Assembly (NCBI GenBank): GCA_964016885.1
Contig: OZ024743.1
Location: forward strand, 271,746,001-271,810,000
Direction: 5' to 3'
DNA length: 64,000 bases
Source of the DNA: Eledone cirrhosa
Lineage: Eukaryota
Shown here: in pieces, positions 51,180 to 64,000 of the stretch
Position numbering within the stretch: position 1 is the first letter of the stretch
Layout: each line of letters begins with the position of its first letter
Program-made: the position numbers and the translations under genes
The notes under the pieces: generated by a model
The model's input: only the letters and a program-made list of their open reading frames with translations
Told to the model about the DNA's origin: nothing
The model's database searches: none

Positions 51180-52877
51180 CACCTATCAGAACTGTTCAAA
51201 ATCATGCGCTCGGTTTGCCCAGGTTGTTACCTCTCATCTCTGTTGTATATATTGACTCTAGAGCCATTACTGAGATGCTGAAGGATACCCCGCATAAACT
51301 AAGATGTGGAAGAACCCTGTGAGCATAAGCCAACGACGTCACCGTAAGGGTGTCGAGTGCCAAACACATCGAGGTGATTGGTACTACACTGAGAGAATAC
51401 GAGGCAGTGACAGGAGCAAATATTAACCAGGAAAACTCAATGAACCTGCAGCTCAGCACCTTGAGAGGCAGACCCATGCTGTCCAACAGGATCGTCGGGT
51501 GCTAGATGGACAGACCAGTTAAATTTCTTGGGATCAGGTTTGGTCCGGACCTCCAGATGGATAAGAATTGGGATGAGGTGTCAAGCAGAAATGGGCCCAG
51601 AGAAATGGGCCCAGAGGAAACTATCCCTGAAAGGTCAGGTGGAAGTGGCAAATTCATACACCGTGTCAGTCATCTACTACTGCCTAACTGTTGTGCCTTG
51701 CCCTGGTCTGCACCTTACCAAATTAGAGCGTCTGCTCTTCAACTACTTGTGGAAGGGACAGGTTCCACTGGTGAAGCAGTCAATCTGCTGTGTGGAGGAC
51801 TGGACATGCTGTGACTAATGATGCACAGACATGCACTGCAGCTACAACATCTCCAGCTTTTCCTGAACAGTAAGCAGGTGTGGTCGTCATTTGCTAAGGC
51901 ACGTTTTTCCTCAACTCATCTCCTTAACAGAGGCAGACCTAGGTCAAGCAGAGACTGAGGGGAAGTGCTTGGAGGCTAAAATGTCTTCAACTGCTCACAG
52001 CCAATTGGGCACTATGATCGGTGGAACTCCACCATAGTGTTTTATAGAGGGTTAGTTATGGGTAAAAACAATGATGTTCTTGGAGAAACTCTAGCCATTG
52101 GCGAAAATCAAAGAGCCATTCTCTTCCACAAGAGTTTCAATCCAGGACCCATGGATAACTTCCCAAAATCCCTCCCTGGCCTGGCAATGCTACCGAGGAG
52201 TGTTGTTGGCTTGAGATAAACTCTACAGGCATGGAAGTGCCAGGTCTGTCAGATGCGCACAGGGCGACAAAACTTTTGTCCAGTGTCCGAGCATTGCTGA
52301 TTTGTGGGTTTATGTCAAACACCTGCTGTCACGTGTAGGACAGATCTGTCTATCAACTGAGTTCATTGTCAAGATTTCCCCCTCCACTCTTCTTGAGCCA
52401 GGAAAGGCAGGCTGTTTTTGTCTGTCTGGTGGCCATGGTGAAAGAGGTTGTATGGTAGACATATTTGAAAGGGCTGAAGACAGGGACTTTACACTTTGGC
52501 GATGTACTGATTAACTTTGTCAGGTTTCACTTCAAGAGGGAACTCAAGAGCCACTTTGTTGAAAGGTGGGTGAAAGAGGCAAGAATGCCCCACGTGAATG
52601 GGCCTGCTCTGGGTGTGTGCCTATAGTTTGAATGAGGACACCTGGGCGAGGGCACTTGCTCTGGTGGTCAGGGCAACTGTGGTTTTTTGTGGGCTTACTC
52701 TACAAGTGACCCTCGGAAGTCTCTGCTCATTGGGGAATTTTCTTTTGTTCCATTTTTTTGTTACATCATTTGTTTTTGTTTATGTTTGTTTTTACATGCA
52801 GAAACACTCATTTATACCGTCCTGTGCTATCCTTAAGGTTATCTTTTTGTAAACCATTGTGGTCAATAAAGAAAGCA
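51180..52877 (+). mobile_element. Degraded Tx1/L1-clade LINE 3' part
   Basis: + strand reads A*ANDVT..LREYEAVTGANINQENS, PVKFLGIRFG, WAQRKLSLKGQVEVAN, LERLLFNYLWKG; ends aataaagaaa. Confidence 0.8.
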
Positions 52878-52893
52878 TAATAATAATAATAAC

Positions 52894-52926
<33 letters not shown>

Positions 52927-52952
52927 TATTATTATTATTATTATTATTATTG

Positions 52953-53745
52953 GAGTGTCAATCATTGATGTTATTTAACTGGAAAGTTTGTTCAAATGAA
53001 CATCAAGCCGTTACCTGCAGCCTCAGATATTCAGGACATATCAGAGGTTTTCTTGCTGTTCCCAGCAAGGATGCTTTTTGAAGTGCCCCCAAAAAGGGGG
53101 CCAGACTAATGTTCTTTAACCATCCTTGAAAACTCTTTGAGATAGTGCCTAGTGTTCCTACGACAATCGAGACGACTGTGATCTCATGACAGTCCCAAAT
53201 CCTTTTTAATTCCCACTTTAAATCCTGGTATCGTTTAATTTTCTCCTTCTCCTTTTCTTGCACTCTTATGTCAAAGGGGCAGACTACGTCTACAATCAGC
53301 CACAATCTTTTTCCTTGTAAAAAAACTACCAGGTCAGGCCTATTGTGTTCTAATTTCTTGTCTGTCTGTATCCTAAAATCCCATAGCACCTTCACCTGAT
53401 CGTTTTCTATCACCGACTCTGGCTTATGCTCATACCGCTTCTCAGAATGTTGTAAATTATGTAGTTTGCATAAATGCCAGTGAATCACCTTTCCTATTAT
53501 ATCAGGCCTCCAGTCTTTATAGTGAGTCTGTGCTAGGTGTTTACACTCGGATACAATGTGAGCCACAGTCTCCTCTCTCCACAGATCCTACACAGTGAGC
53601 TAGCCTCCTCCTTGTCAATATGGTGTTTCACCCACTTTGTTCTGAGGGCCTGTTCTTGTGCAGCCATTAGTATTCCTTCTGTAGCTTTTTTAAGGTCTCC
53701 TCTTTTTAACCAGCTGCATGTATTTGGATATCGAATTCCATTTTC
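52953..53745 (-). mobile_element. R4/Dong-like 3' fragment (RLE) in (TAA)n
   Basis: ORF 53003..53566 HIVSEC..HWHLC..LWDFRIQTD..HNRPDLVV..IVDVVCP..KIKRYQDL; (TAA/ATT)n on both sides. Confidence 0.9.
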
Positions 53746-53900
53746 TTAATTATTATTATTAATTTATGAAACAAACTTCCTCATTATTGAGATAAAAAAT
53801 AAAACAAGATGATGTGGTACTTGTATATTCATGCCCCAGTGACTGATTTGTTCTCTGCAGGATTCATACAATATGTGTGTGTGTATGCATATATATATTC

Positions 53901-53933
<33 letters not shown>

Positions 53934-54129
53934 GCGTGTGTTTGTGTGTTGTTCCTCATTAATAATGCATGCATTTAATGGAATCACTATTGCTCACCAT
54001 GTACTTTTTATATAACTAGATCAATCTTAATGAAGTTACACTGTACACTTCATTTTTATCACACCCATATCAGTTTTCTAAGTTTATTCATAGCTGTTTC
54101 TGCTGTTGCTGTTGTTGTTATTTCATTAC

Positions 54130-54839
54130 AATAAAATTGAGGCAAACATCCTCTGCTTGATGTGTAACGTTAGGGTGGATGAATGATGAAACATGATTGA
54201 GTTGAGAGAAACATTAGGAATAAATGGAATTAGATCTAGTGTTCAGGAGAGAAGATTGCACTGGTACAGGTCATATATACTCATATATAAACTGAGAAAC
54301 AGGAACAGAAAAAATCGATGGTAAAATGGGGTCAGCTTATATTTGAAGTCAATATTTTCTCTATTTTTACCAACTTCAAATTCTACATAAATAAAGTGTG
54401 AAAATATTTTCACTTTGGAGGTGAAATTTGTTTTTCCTATTTCTTTTGATTTGAATGAATATGGCCTTCAAAATGGTCGGAAATTTGAAAAAAATTCACG
54501 AGGTAGAATTGTGAAATAAAACTATAATCTAAATGATACTTAAAGCATTTTGAATATCAAAGTATTAAAATTTTATAAATATATTCTCTATTTATGAGAA
54601 TTTCAAAGCAGTGTCATTTAAACATGTGTTGATTAGCTGCCTCAACTCAGATGTTGTAGAAGTAGATAAAGGAAGAAGTGAGTAAAGACAGTGTGAGCTT
54701 ACCATAGAGTGTTGAGCCTCACAAAAGAGATGACAAAAGAGATAAGTGGAGGAATGCTGTGCTGGAGAGGACTCATCTAGCCCATGAAAGTATGGAAAAA
54801 TGAATGTAAAAAATTAGTAGGATGATGATGATGATGATG

Positions 54840-54872
<33 letters not shown>
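54130..54872 (+). mobile_element. Degraded RTE 3' fragment interrupted by a DNA-transposon-like insert (~54270-54645), related to 61268-61375
   Basis: caggagagaagattgcactggta then resumes agatgttgtagaagtagataaaggaag; insert shares tatatactc..tataa and tgtgttgattagctgcctcaa with 61268-61375. Confidence 0.55.
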
Positions 54873-54873
<1 letters not shown>

Positions 54874-55303
54874 ACTGTTTCATATTGAGCTGAGAGAAGA
54901 CTTTGAGTAAACAAGCTATTCAGATCATTATACATTGAAAATATGAAAAAATTCTTTCAATTTTATTCTTAATGTGTTATATGAATCTATTTTGTTTTAA
55001 TATTTTACCCTTTTCAAATAAATTTGTCTGAAACTACCTCTGGTTCTCTGATAGAAAAACCTCTCATGTTAGACTTCATCACAATTTCATGATAGAGATT
55101 TGTCATGACACAGTGTGTGACAAGGACTTGAACTCATGATCCTATGTTCATGAATTTGATATGTTTCTCATTTAATGTTACTTGGAAAGAATCCTTGAGA
55201 GTGAAATGCCTTTCTGACGTGAACAACAGCGTGATGATGAGGAATAATATCATCTCTGAGTAATAAATTCTTTAAATCATAAATAACATTTTCCTTACCA
55301 TAA

Positions 55304-55345
55304 CTAGCAGAAAAACCACCCTTCGGGTGTTTTTCTGCTGGCATA
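55304..55345 (-). mobile_element. Probable Helitron 3' terminus (hairpin followed by CTAG|T)
   Basis: Minus strand cacccgaagggtg-gtttttctg-CTAG-t; extended hairpin agcagaaaaa..tttttctgct. Confidence 0.55.
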
Positions 55346-55909
55346 TGTAGTGTGTATATTGATATTATATGCAAGTATATATCCATGTAGATATGATATG
55401 TCAAATAAAATCGTAATTGACAATATGCACAGAAATTGAAGAGAGACTGCGTTACACTCTCTACTGTAATCAGTAAAGTAATCCATTAAAAAAGATGATA
55501 TTATATATAAACTGCATTACAGTGAAATGTAATGAAAACGAATAAGGAGAAAATTAGCAACAGAAATATAAACCTTATATAACGATGCAAATATATGAAT
55601 GTTTATATAAGCGATATGATATAGCATACGTTATATCATAACCAGAAGTATTGACATTTGAAAATTTTAAAAGAAGTGAATCTTAAAATAAGCAATCATT
55701 ATATATAAGAATCTTTATGTTTAATCAATAGCTACGAAATTTAGTACATAAATTATGTAATATTCATTCATTATTTATTCAAAGTACCAGTAATGTACTG
55801 GGTAATTGCTGGCCTTGTGCCAACAGTAGAAACAATTATTTATTCAAAGTGATCCAACTTATTTTACTTACGGGATAAAAAAAATATATTCAGGACACAG
55901 TCCCGCACT

Positions 55910-56855
55910 TCTCCCTTTATTATATTATGATTCTAATGAAAGAAACTCACTATACTTAATAAAATATTTTTCTAATAATGAAGAATTTGAAGGGATTTAG
56001 TAATACAGCTTTCTCATAATTAAGTTGGTGTTTAGAACATAACTTGATAAGGTTCTTAGATAAAATTATGATGGAAGGATTTTAGATAAATTTAACACTT
56101 TTACTTCCATACTTCAATGAAAGGCACTGCCTATGATTTTCTAATATTTTTTGAAAATAATTCAGAATTTGAAAGGATTTAATAATGTAACAACTTTTTC
56201 ATTATTAATTTGATGAAAGGAACATAATTTAACAAAGGTTCTTAGATAAAATTATGATGAAGATTTTTTTAGATAAATTTAAATGACTTTAATCTTTTCA
56301 CTACTATATTTCCAATGATTCTCAAATAATTTTTTAAATAATTCAGGATTTGAAGGTATTTAATATAACTGACTTTCCCACTATTAAGTTGGTGTTTGGT
56401 AAACAATTTTACAAAGGTCAGTATATAAAATTATGATGGAAGGTTTTTAGATAAATATAAAGACCTTAACCCTTTTGTTACCATATTTCTAATGAGATAG
56501 AGTCTAATGACTTTCAAATAATTTCAAAAATAATCAAGAATTTTGATAGATTTAGTAATAAAACTAACCTAGTCATTATTAAGCTGGTATTTGAAATATA
56601 TTTTATTATCATGGAAGGTTTTTAGATAAATATAAACACCTTAACCCTTTCATTTCTATATTTCTAATATAATTTTTTAAATAATAAAGATTTAGTAATA
56701 TATCTAACTTTCTCATTATTAATCTGGTGTTTGAAATACCTCTTAACAAAAGTTCTTAAATAAAATTGTGATAACATTTTTTTTAGATAAATATATACAC
56801 TTTGAAATAATCAGCATAGTATCATAGAACCAGAGGTGAGTCTCAGAAGGGTTAA
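55910..56855 (+). repeat. Tandem array (~5 x 175-200 bp) derived from a TTAA-CCC MITE; related copy 16963-17480
   Basis: Unit starts ttaa(c)ccttt-like at 56092, 56289, 56466, 56641; a single right end gaagggttaa at 56855. Confidence 0.75.
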
Positions 56856-56881
56856 TACCTCATATATTGAACTACCATCAA

Positions 56882-56929
<48 letters not shown>

Positions 56930-57091
56930 TCTTTCTCTATCTCTATCTCTCTCTCTCTGTTTATTTTGCAATCAAGTGATCTTGGGCTTTATATTACTGC
57001 ATGACACCTTGGGACTAAACCCCCAAACATGTAAATTGCTACAAGCTTTATATGTAATGTTGTAAAATGATGTGTTTTCTGTCATCAATAT

Positions 57092-57239
<148 letters not shown>

Positions 57240-59084
57240 TCCTGGGTTCAATTGGGGGTAACCGCAGTAAGTAAGGTACTCAATACATTAGTAGAGTATA
57301 AACATCAAATTTGATATAGAAATGGCTTCTACAGGACTAGAACTGTTTCATTTGAAAGAAATCATTAGGAAATCAAAATCAATTCTGTGGGAGCAAGTCA
57401 CTGGCCCCCGACCTGATCCCTCACAAAGGGACAACTAGTCCAACCCATGCTAGCATGGAAGATGGATGTTAAACGATGATGATGATGATGTTATATATGG
57501 GGATGATGATAATGATATTCCAAACTTCAGCTTAGCAATTGGAAGGAATGCATTCTGTCTGAGGAAGGAGCCCCGAGAGGTGGAGTGGCTGACTTTTCAT
57601 CATCATCATCATCATCTTCATTTAACGTCCATCTTCCACGCTAGCATGGGTTCTCTGTGGTAATGCTTTCACCATCTTGTCCATGGGTTGCAGCTGTAAT
57701 ATACAACCTAGACTGCAATGTAGAGTCGGAACCTTCCTCTCCCTTACACCACCTAGCCCTGGGGTGTAGAGTCTGCACCTGCCCCTTACTTTCATTATTT
57801 AATTTCAAAAAATTATTGGAAAATTTATATAATTTAATTGAAATTTGTTGAATAAAGACTTTACTAAGTTTTTTTTTTTTTCAGTTTTATTTTTATTTTA
57901 TTCAGACTTTACTAAGTTTTTTTTTTCTGTTTTATTTTTTATTTTCAAAAGTAACTGAAACACCCACACACATAGAGGCAATTTATTTCCTTACAGATCA
58001 TCCTCATCATCATCATTTAACGTCCATTGTCTACTCTAGCATAGGTAGGACAGGCAGTCCCTTTGTGAGAGATCAGGTCAGGTCACAGGACTTTGATTCG
58101 CACACACAGAACTAAATATAGCTACAAAAGAGTTAACAATCTTTCACTAAAATAAAAACAAGAGTTATGTAAATTTGGTACATACCAATATTGCAGAGAG
58201 GAGGTTAATATATATTTCAAAATTCTTCAGAGATATCAGTCTCATTTTGAGTTTGGTTGCTCCACTTGATAATGGTTTAAGAAAACTCTTCTGAGAATGT
58301 TGGATACTGAACTTTTAAATTGTTGCTGCTGTTGTTTTTGCTGTTGTTGTTATGTAGTTAGTTAGCCAAAACAGTCCTACTTTAATATAAGTGAACTATT
58401 AATGATGTATTGTGATTTTGATAAATCATAAATCACTACATCAATAACCACGCCCACCTCAAAGACAATGAAATAAATATGTCTGAACAAGTTATTTATC
58501 TAGGATTGTTGATATAAAGAAAATAAAAAATAAAAAAATAACCAAAGCAAAAATAGGGAAAAGGATAATTGAAAAACAAATGAAGAACAAAAAACATAAT
58601 TTATGGCAATAACAAATACAGCGGAAACAGAAGTGTATATCTCCACCTCTTATTAGAAAATCAGAATATATATGTGTATATGTGTGTATATGTTTATATA
58701 TATATGTTATTGATATTATACTCCAGAAGAAATCTTGTAGAGTGCTTCTAATCTGTTATAAACTAAATTTGTTGAATAACCAACAAATTAAATAACTCAT
58801 TGCTTCATCATCATCATCATCATCATTTCATTTTACGTCCACTTTTCCCTGCTTGCAAGGGTGGGACGGGAACTGATTCTGGCTTGATTTCTACAGCTGG
58901 ATGCCCTTCCTAACACCAACCTCATTTACAGTGAGTGCTGGGTGCTTTTTTCCTGCGGCACCTCCACGTCCACTTTACAGTGTGGGCTGGGAAATCACCA
59001 GGAAAGCTTTCCTGCTCATTTCCTTCAAATGAAACAGTTCTAGTCCTGTCAAAACCATTATATTAAATTTGTTATATATATATA

Positions 59085-59745
59085 TCATCATCATCATCAT
59101 CATCACCATCGTTTAACGTCCATCTTCCATGCTAGCATGGGTTAGACGGGAATTGTCCCACTTGAGGCAAGATTGATCGGGTGACCATGTCTTGCTCGTA
59201 TAGGACTGTATCTGGCAGGTTTTCTACAGCTGGATGTCCTTCCTAACACCAACCACATTTACAGTGTGGACTGGGAGCCTTTTTACTGTGTCTCCTATAT
59301 GACCACTTTACAGCGTGGACTGGGTGTTCTTTTGTCGTGACACCTACACAACCTCTTTAGTGTGGACTGGAAGTTGTGGTACCAGCATAACTTTACAGAG
59401 AAAGGGTGGTGTTGGTGGGAGTGAGATATGGAATAGGAGTAGTGGGGTGGGGTGTATATTGGGTTAAGAAGTGCCTACTGACTGTAGGTTTAACTTTGTA
59501 CGTAAGAGAAGGCAGGTCTTCTGTATTACTGTGTGGCCCCAAAGATCTCGATCCAGTGACATTGTCTTAGAGAGGAGTAAGTATGCAAGGTCAGATTTTA
59601 TCATGTCGTCCCAGGTTTTTCTGGGTCTACCTACTCTGTAACTTCCATCAATTTTGATCGTCCTGCACTTTTTTTATATAGCTGTCGTCTTTCATGCCCA
59701 TCACATGACCATACCAACATAGTCTTCTTTCGAGTAAACAGCATC
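59085..59745 (-). mobile_element. RTE 3' fragment; further short RTE tails at 23440-23620, 57395-57490, 57598-57650, 58000-58090, 58805-58990
   Basis: (CAT)n + tttaacgtccatcttccatgctagcatggg tail; ccataccaacatagtcttc (RLCWYGH on the minus strand). Confidence 0.8.
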
Positions 59746-60929
59746 TGTTTGGAATATTTCTTTTCCAAGGAAAATACCTCTAAATTCAAAGTCAATGGAT
59801 CAGCTAAGATGGCTTTACTATCTTGTTCAGTTTTACAGAAAATCTTAGTCTCTAACAGGTGGTCGCTCTTTCAGAGATTCCACTAACAAATTCCAAATTT
59901 TATTATTGGAATTAAAGTAACATGTAAATGGCTTTGTATTCCATTAAAACATTTACTTTTAATGAAATTCCTAAAGATGAATCAATGAGTCAAGATATGT
60001 AGCAAAACATAGAAAGGAATTGATCAACAAGATCCCAGACCTCATTTACTTTCTAAGTAGAGTGAAACTCATCAAATTGAACCAAGGAAATGATGTTTCC
60101 ATTGATTTTTCTATTACTGATTCTGTCTACTTCTTGTGACTCCTGACAGAAAGAGCAATGTGTAATAAAGTGTCTTGCTCAAGGACATAATGCATCGCCT
60201 GATCCAGGAATCAAACTTGCAATCTCATAATTACGAATCCAATTCTCTAACCACTTTTACTCAAGCCTTATGAGTAGGGTCACTTTCCCAAAATGTCTTG
60301 GAGTATGATTGAACCAATAACTTCATGATTGTGAAGCAAATTTCTTAATCAGCCATCTCTGGCTCTACAACATGAAACTAGAGCTAAGAAGTAGCCCTAA
60401 TGAACACTTGGAATCCTGGATGTAAATATTCTTGTGATATTAATGGTAATGATTTCTGATTTATGCACAAGGGTAAAATCGATTAAATTGACCAGTGCAT
60501 TACTGGTGCTTTATTTTATTGACCTCATAAGGAGAAAAGGCAAAGCTAATCTTAGAGGGATTTGAGCTCAGAACGCAACAATTGGATTATCTACCTATTT
60601 AACCTTTCACATTTAAACCATCCATATCTAGCCTAAATTCTCTCATCTCTTTTCATTCAAACTGGCTGTAACTGGCTGCTCATGCTGATGTTAACATATT
60701 GTTCTCAAAATAAATAATATCAAAATCTCATAGATTCGATATTATGTGAAATGATTATGTGAGATAAAGTGTTTACTGTGAAAATACAATAGTAAATATA
60801 AAGTAATGGAAATGCTAAAGGGTTAAAGGAATCAAATGATTGAATGATTTAATTTGTTCTGAAACATGAAAATGGCAAAAGATAATTCTCCATCACAAAA
60901 GATGTTCACTGATATCTAATAAATTATAA

Positions 60930-61268
60930 ATTTTAGAGGTTGCCCTTTAATGATGAAAAGAAAAAAAAAACATGGAAAAAGCCAAGCAGTAAAAATAATT
61001 GCAAAGAAAGAATCATTAAGGAAACTGGTTGTGAAATGGCAACAAAAGCTTTTATATAGAAAATACCCAGAAAGAGCTAACATTCCTGATGTTGACAAAG
61101 CTTTAACCAATTAGTGGATGACATCTTCTGGACTGAAATTGGAGACTGATTATATCAGCACAAGAGCAGTGTCTGCCAACAAAGAACTATCTAGCTAATA
61201 TTGTAAAAAATGGATGCAGCCCATTATGCTGTATGTGTAAAAAACAACCAGAGAACATTGATCATATA
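60930..61268 (+). mobile_element. Degraded R4/NeSL-like fragment (pre-zinc-knuckle region)
   Basis: + strand reads WQQKLLYRKYPERA..VDKALT..GLKLETD, then a Cys-containing knuckle remnant ending IDHI. Confidence 0.55.
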
Positions 61269-61429
61269 CTGTATATACTCGAATATAAGCTGAAGAATAT
61301 GTGACCAAAAAATCAATGATAAATACGCTTATATACGCCATCTAAACATTGTGTTGATTAGCTGCCTCAATTTATAAACAGGATTGGGATTTTTCATCTA
61401 TTTTTCAGAAATAACTCACTCTCTCTCTA

Positions 61430-61765
61430 ATAATTGTTTTTACTTTTGGCACAAGGCCAGCAATTACTCAGTGCATTACTGGTACTTTATTTTATCGACC
61501 CCATAAGGATGAAAGGCAAAGTTAACCTCGGCGGGATTTGAACTAATAATGATAATGATGATTTCTACTATAGGTACAAGGCCAGCAATTTGGGGGGAGG
61601 GGAGAGTCGATTAAATCGACCCTAGTGCATTATTGGTGCTTTATTTTATCGACCCTGTAAGGATGAAAAGCAAAGCTAACTGCAGTGGGATATGAACTCA
61701 GAATATAAAGGGCCGTAACTCTATGCTATGAAGTATGGTGTCCGATGCTCTACCGATACTGCCAA
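61430..61765 (-). mobile_element. Two SINE A copies
   Basis: Same core as the other family A copies. Confidence 0.85.
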
Positions 61766-62820
61766 TTACTAATTATAAATTGGCTATATCCTGATTGGAG
61801 AGGAAAGGGCTCCACGATTTAAGATACCCAAGACATGATATGATTTAGAATGTTGTCATCAGGAGTTAAGAGTCATTTACTTATATTTATACCATAGCTT
61901 GACAAATCAACGAAGAAGCTTCTATGTGATCATTCGGCCTGCTAGAAATAGCAGTCAAGTTTCCAACAAATCACACCTCACCATCTTAGGAAAGAATCAT
62001 TAGAAAATGTTGTCCTAATATCCTTGCGCATAAAAAAAAATTGGATGATCACTCTTGGGATACTTTTGATCATAAGTATGCCTAATCAGGGGTTTACCTG
62101 AGAATAAACAAAAACAAAAACGAATCAATGACAAAAAAATCATTGGACAGATTTTATGGGTGAAATCAACAGGTAAAAGAGCCCTGAGTAAGATGATTGG
62201 ATAACATCCATGAGCTTGTCTGGTCATGCTTGAGGATTCAGCCAGATCAGTTGGTAATGGTTGCTTATGACAGGACCCTCTGGAGGGAATGTTTGAGGAC
62301 TCTGCCCCCCATGACCCTCTCAGGAATAATTGGGCAAAGAAAAGAAGAAGACGAAGAAGAAAGATCCTCTACGTGATTGCTTAACATACTCTCAAATCAT
62401 ATGCTATCATTTTGAAAAATGTAAAAAAATATGAAGAACACATTAGATGATATAATCCTAATGACAAGTAACTTGTAAACATCTTTCAACTTTTATCCCT
62501 CACATTTGTTTACAACCACATTTCCTCCAATGATTCTAATATACATTTTACTACCTTTATAATATGGATAGAGCTCCCAAATACACACACTCTCTCTCTC
62601 CCTCCTCTTCCCACTCCGTCTCAGCTATTTTCTATCGATATATAAACACAAATACACTAGTGCACACATGTTTTCTTATCAAAGCACTCATTTCTTAGGT
62701 GTCATATTATAACAACTTATATAATAATTTATATCCGTACATACATATATAACAAGTGGAGAGATGCTGTGCAAGCAGGGAAAAGCGGACGTAAAACGAT
62801 GATGATGATGATGATGATGG

Positions 62821-62933
62821 TGGTAGAGAGTCAGGGCTTAAACAGCTGAGCTCTTGTCATTTTGAGAGCAAATTTCAGTGGAATTTCTGTCAAAATGGCA
62901 AGAACTTAGTTGTCAAACAATGACTCTCTACCA
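62821..62933. repeat. 113-bp foldback (small MITE or hairpin RNA)
   Basis: Perfect 13-bp ends tggtagagagtca/tgactctctacca plus an inner imperfect stem. Confidence 0.7.
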
Positions 62934-63028
62934 TTCTTACATTCTACTATCACAATTGTCAAGTATTTGGGATATTACTGCTGAATTATGATCTTACCAG
63001 TTTAAACCAGTATAATCCTGATATATAT

Positions 63029-63120
<92 letters not shown>

Positions 63121-63569
63121 GTGTGTGTGTGTGTGTGTATGCGCAGAGACATGGAAATACTCGGTTTTGTGCCTGAATGCGCGGTTAGCACACCAGGATT
63201 GAGTGAACCTAGTTTTCGTTAGAACATCATTCTTCGAGAAGGAAATCTCTGATGTATAACCTGCGTCTGTAAAAAAAAGCTATATTTAATTGATATCCCA
63301 TTTTTCACCATCTTCGTTTTGTGTTTCTCCCACCTAAGCCACCTAAGTTAGCTCCCTTTATTTTTCGTTTTTGCACAGAGCTGTGTAGACAACAAGTTAC
63401 TTCCCTTAGATTTCTTATATATCTATTTCCTTTTACCATCTTACACTTCATCGACCATGTTTCCGAGACTGTAGCCCTTTGAAATTTCAAGACGGACTTC
63501 CAGACAGTGTGAAATGCTAACTTAAAATCGATGAAATGAAAATTTAATGATACATTTTTTTATCTTTTG

Positions 63570-64000
63570 TTTTTTCTGGGCATGGATACATTGAAGCTCC
63601 GACGTCTGGCAACTGACTTGGTAAACACCCACAAAATTATTAACCATCTTGCCAACAACAACCCTGAGTACCTTTTTGATTTCCATGTGTCTAACACACG
63701 TGGGCATGCCAACAAAATCAGAAAACAGCACAGCTCCCATGACTTTCGAAAACATTTTTTCACGCTCAGAGTTGCTGAAGCATGGAACAAACTACCTGCA
63801 TCAGTTATTAGCTCAGATCAGAGAAACTGCATCCTTTAAAACCTCCATTCTTCCTGAGATTCGCCAACACTACACCTAATATTCCATCTCCATACACACG
63901 CACACATGTATATCATGACTCATTCACTATTCATTTCCCTGACATTTGTATGTTATTCTATGTACTATACATGCACCTTTGATGAGTTGTAGTGCACCTG
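63570..64000 (+). mobile_element. CR1/L2-type LINE 3' end
   Basis: ORF 63567..63839 LRRLATDLVNTHKII..TRGHANKI..RKHFFTLRVAEAWNKLP. Confidence 0.85.

Noticed and set aside
55306-55339. Bacterial intrinsic terminator or contamination
   Set aside because: No bacterial-type genes nearby; a Helitron-end reading fits better

Overview
AT-rich, repeat-saturated eukaryotic (metazoan) DNA with no confidently identifiable host gene. The SINE, MITE and RTE families look like those of octopod cephalopods; this is recognition from memory, not verified. The window holds many RTE-clade LINE copies, including a 5'-truncated APE+RT copy at ~26.6-29.6 kb with a PHD-type finger inside ORF2. It also holds R4/Dong-like RLE elements, Tx1/L1, CRE and CR1 fragments, two tRNA-derived SINE families, piggyBac-type MITEs, a hAT transposase remnant, a probable Helitron 3' end and long microsatellites. 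Most ORFs in the track are microsatellite or antisense artefacts. The most notable signal is not in the ORF track: at least four Penelope-like elements (PLEs) plus several solo head-to-head pseudo-LTR foldbacks, mostly at (TA)n tracts, carry about ten type I hammerhead ribozyme motifs (whole or half) read directly from the sequence. Three have an enlarged 62-85 nt stem II domain. Three carry a compensatory U3-A8 core (TTGAWAA for CTGANGA). In six inverted structures the inversion breakpoint lies in or just upstream of the ribozyme, and in one it lies 2 nt from the predicted cleavage site.
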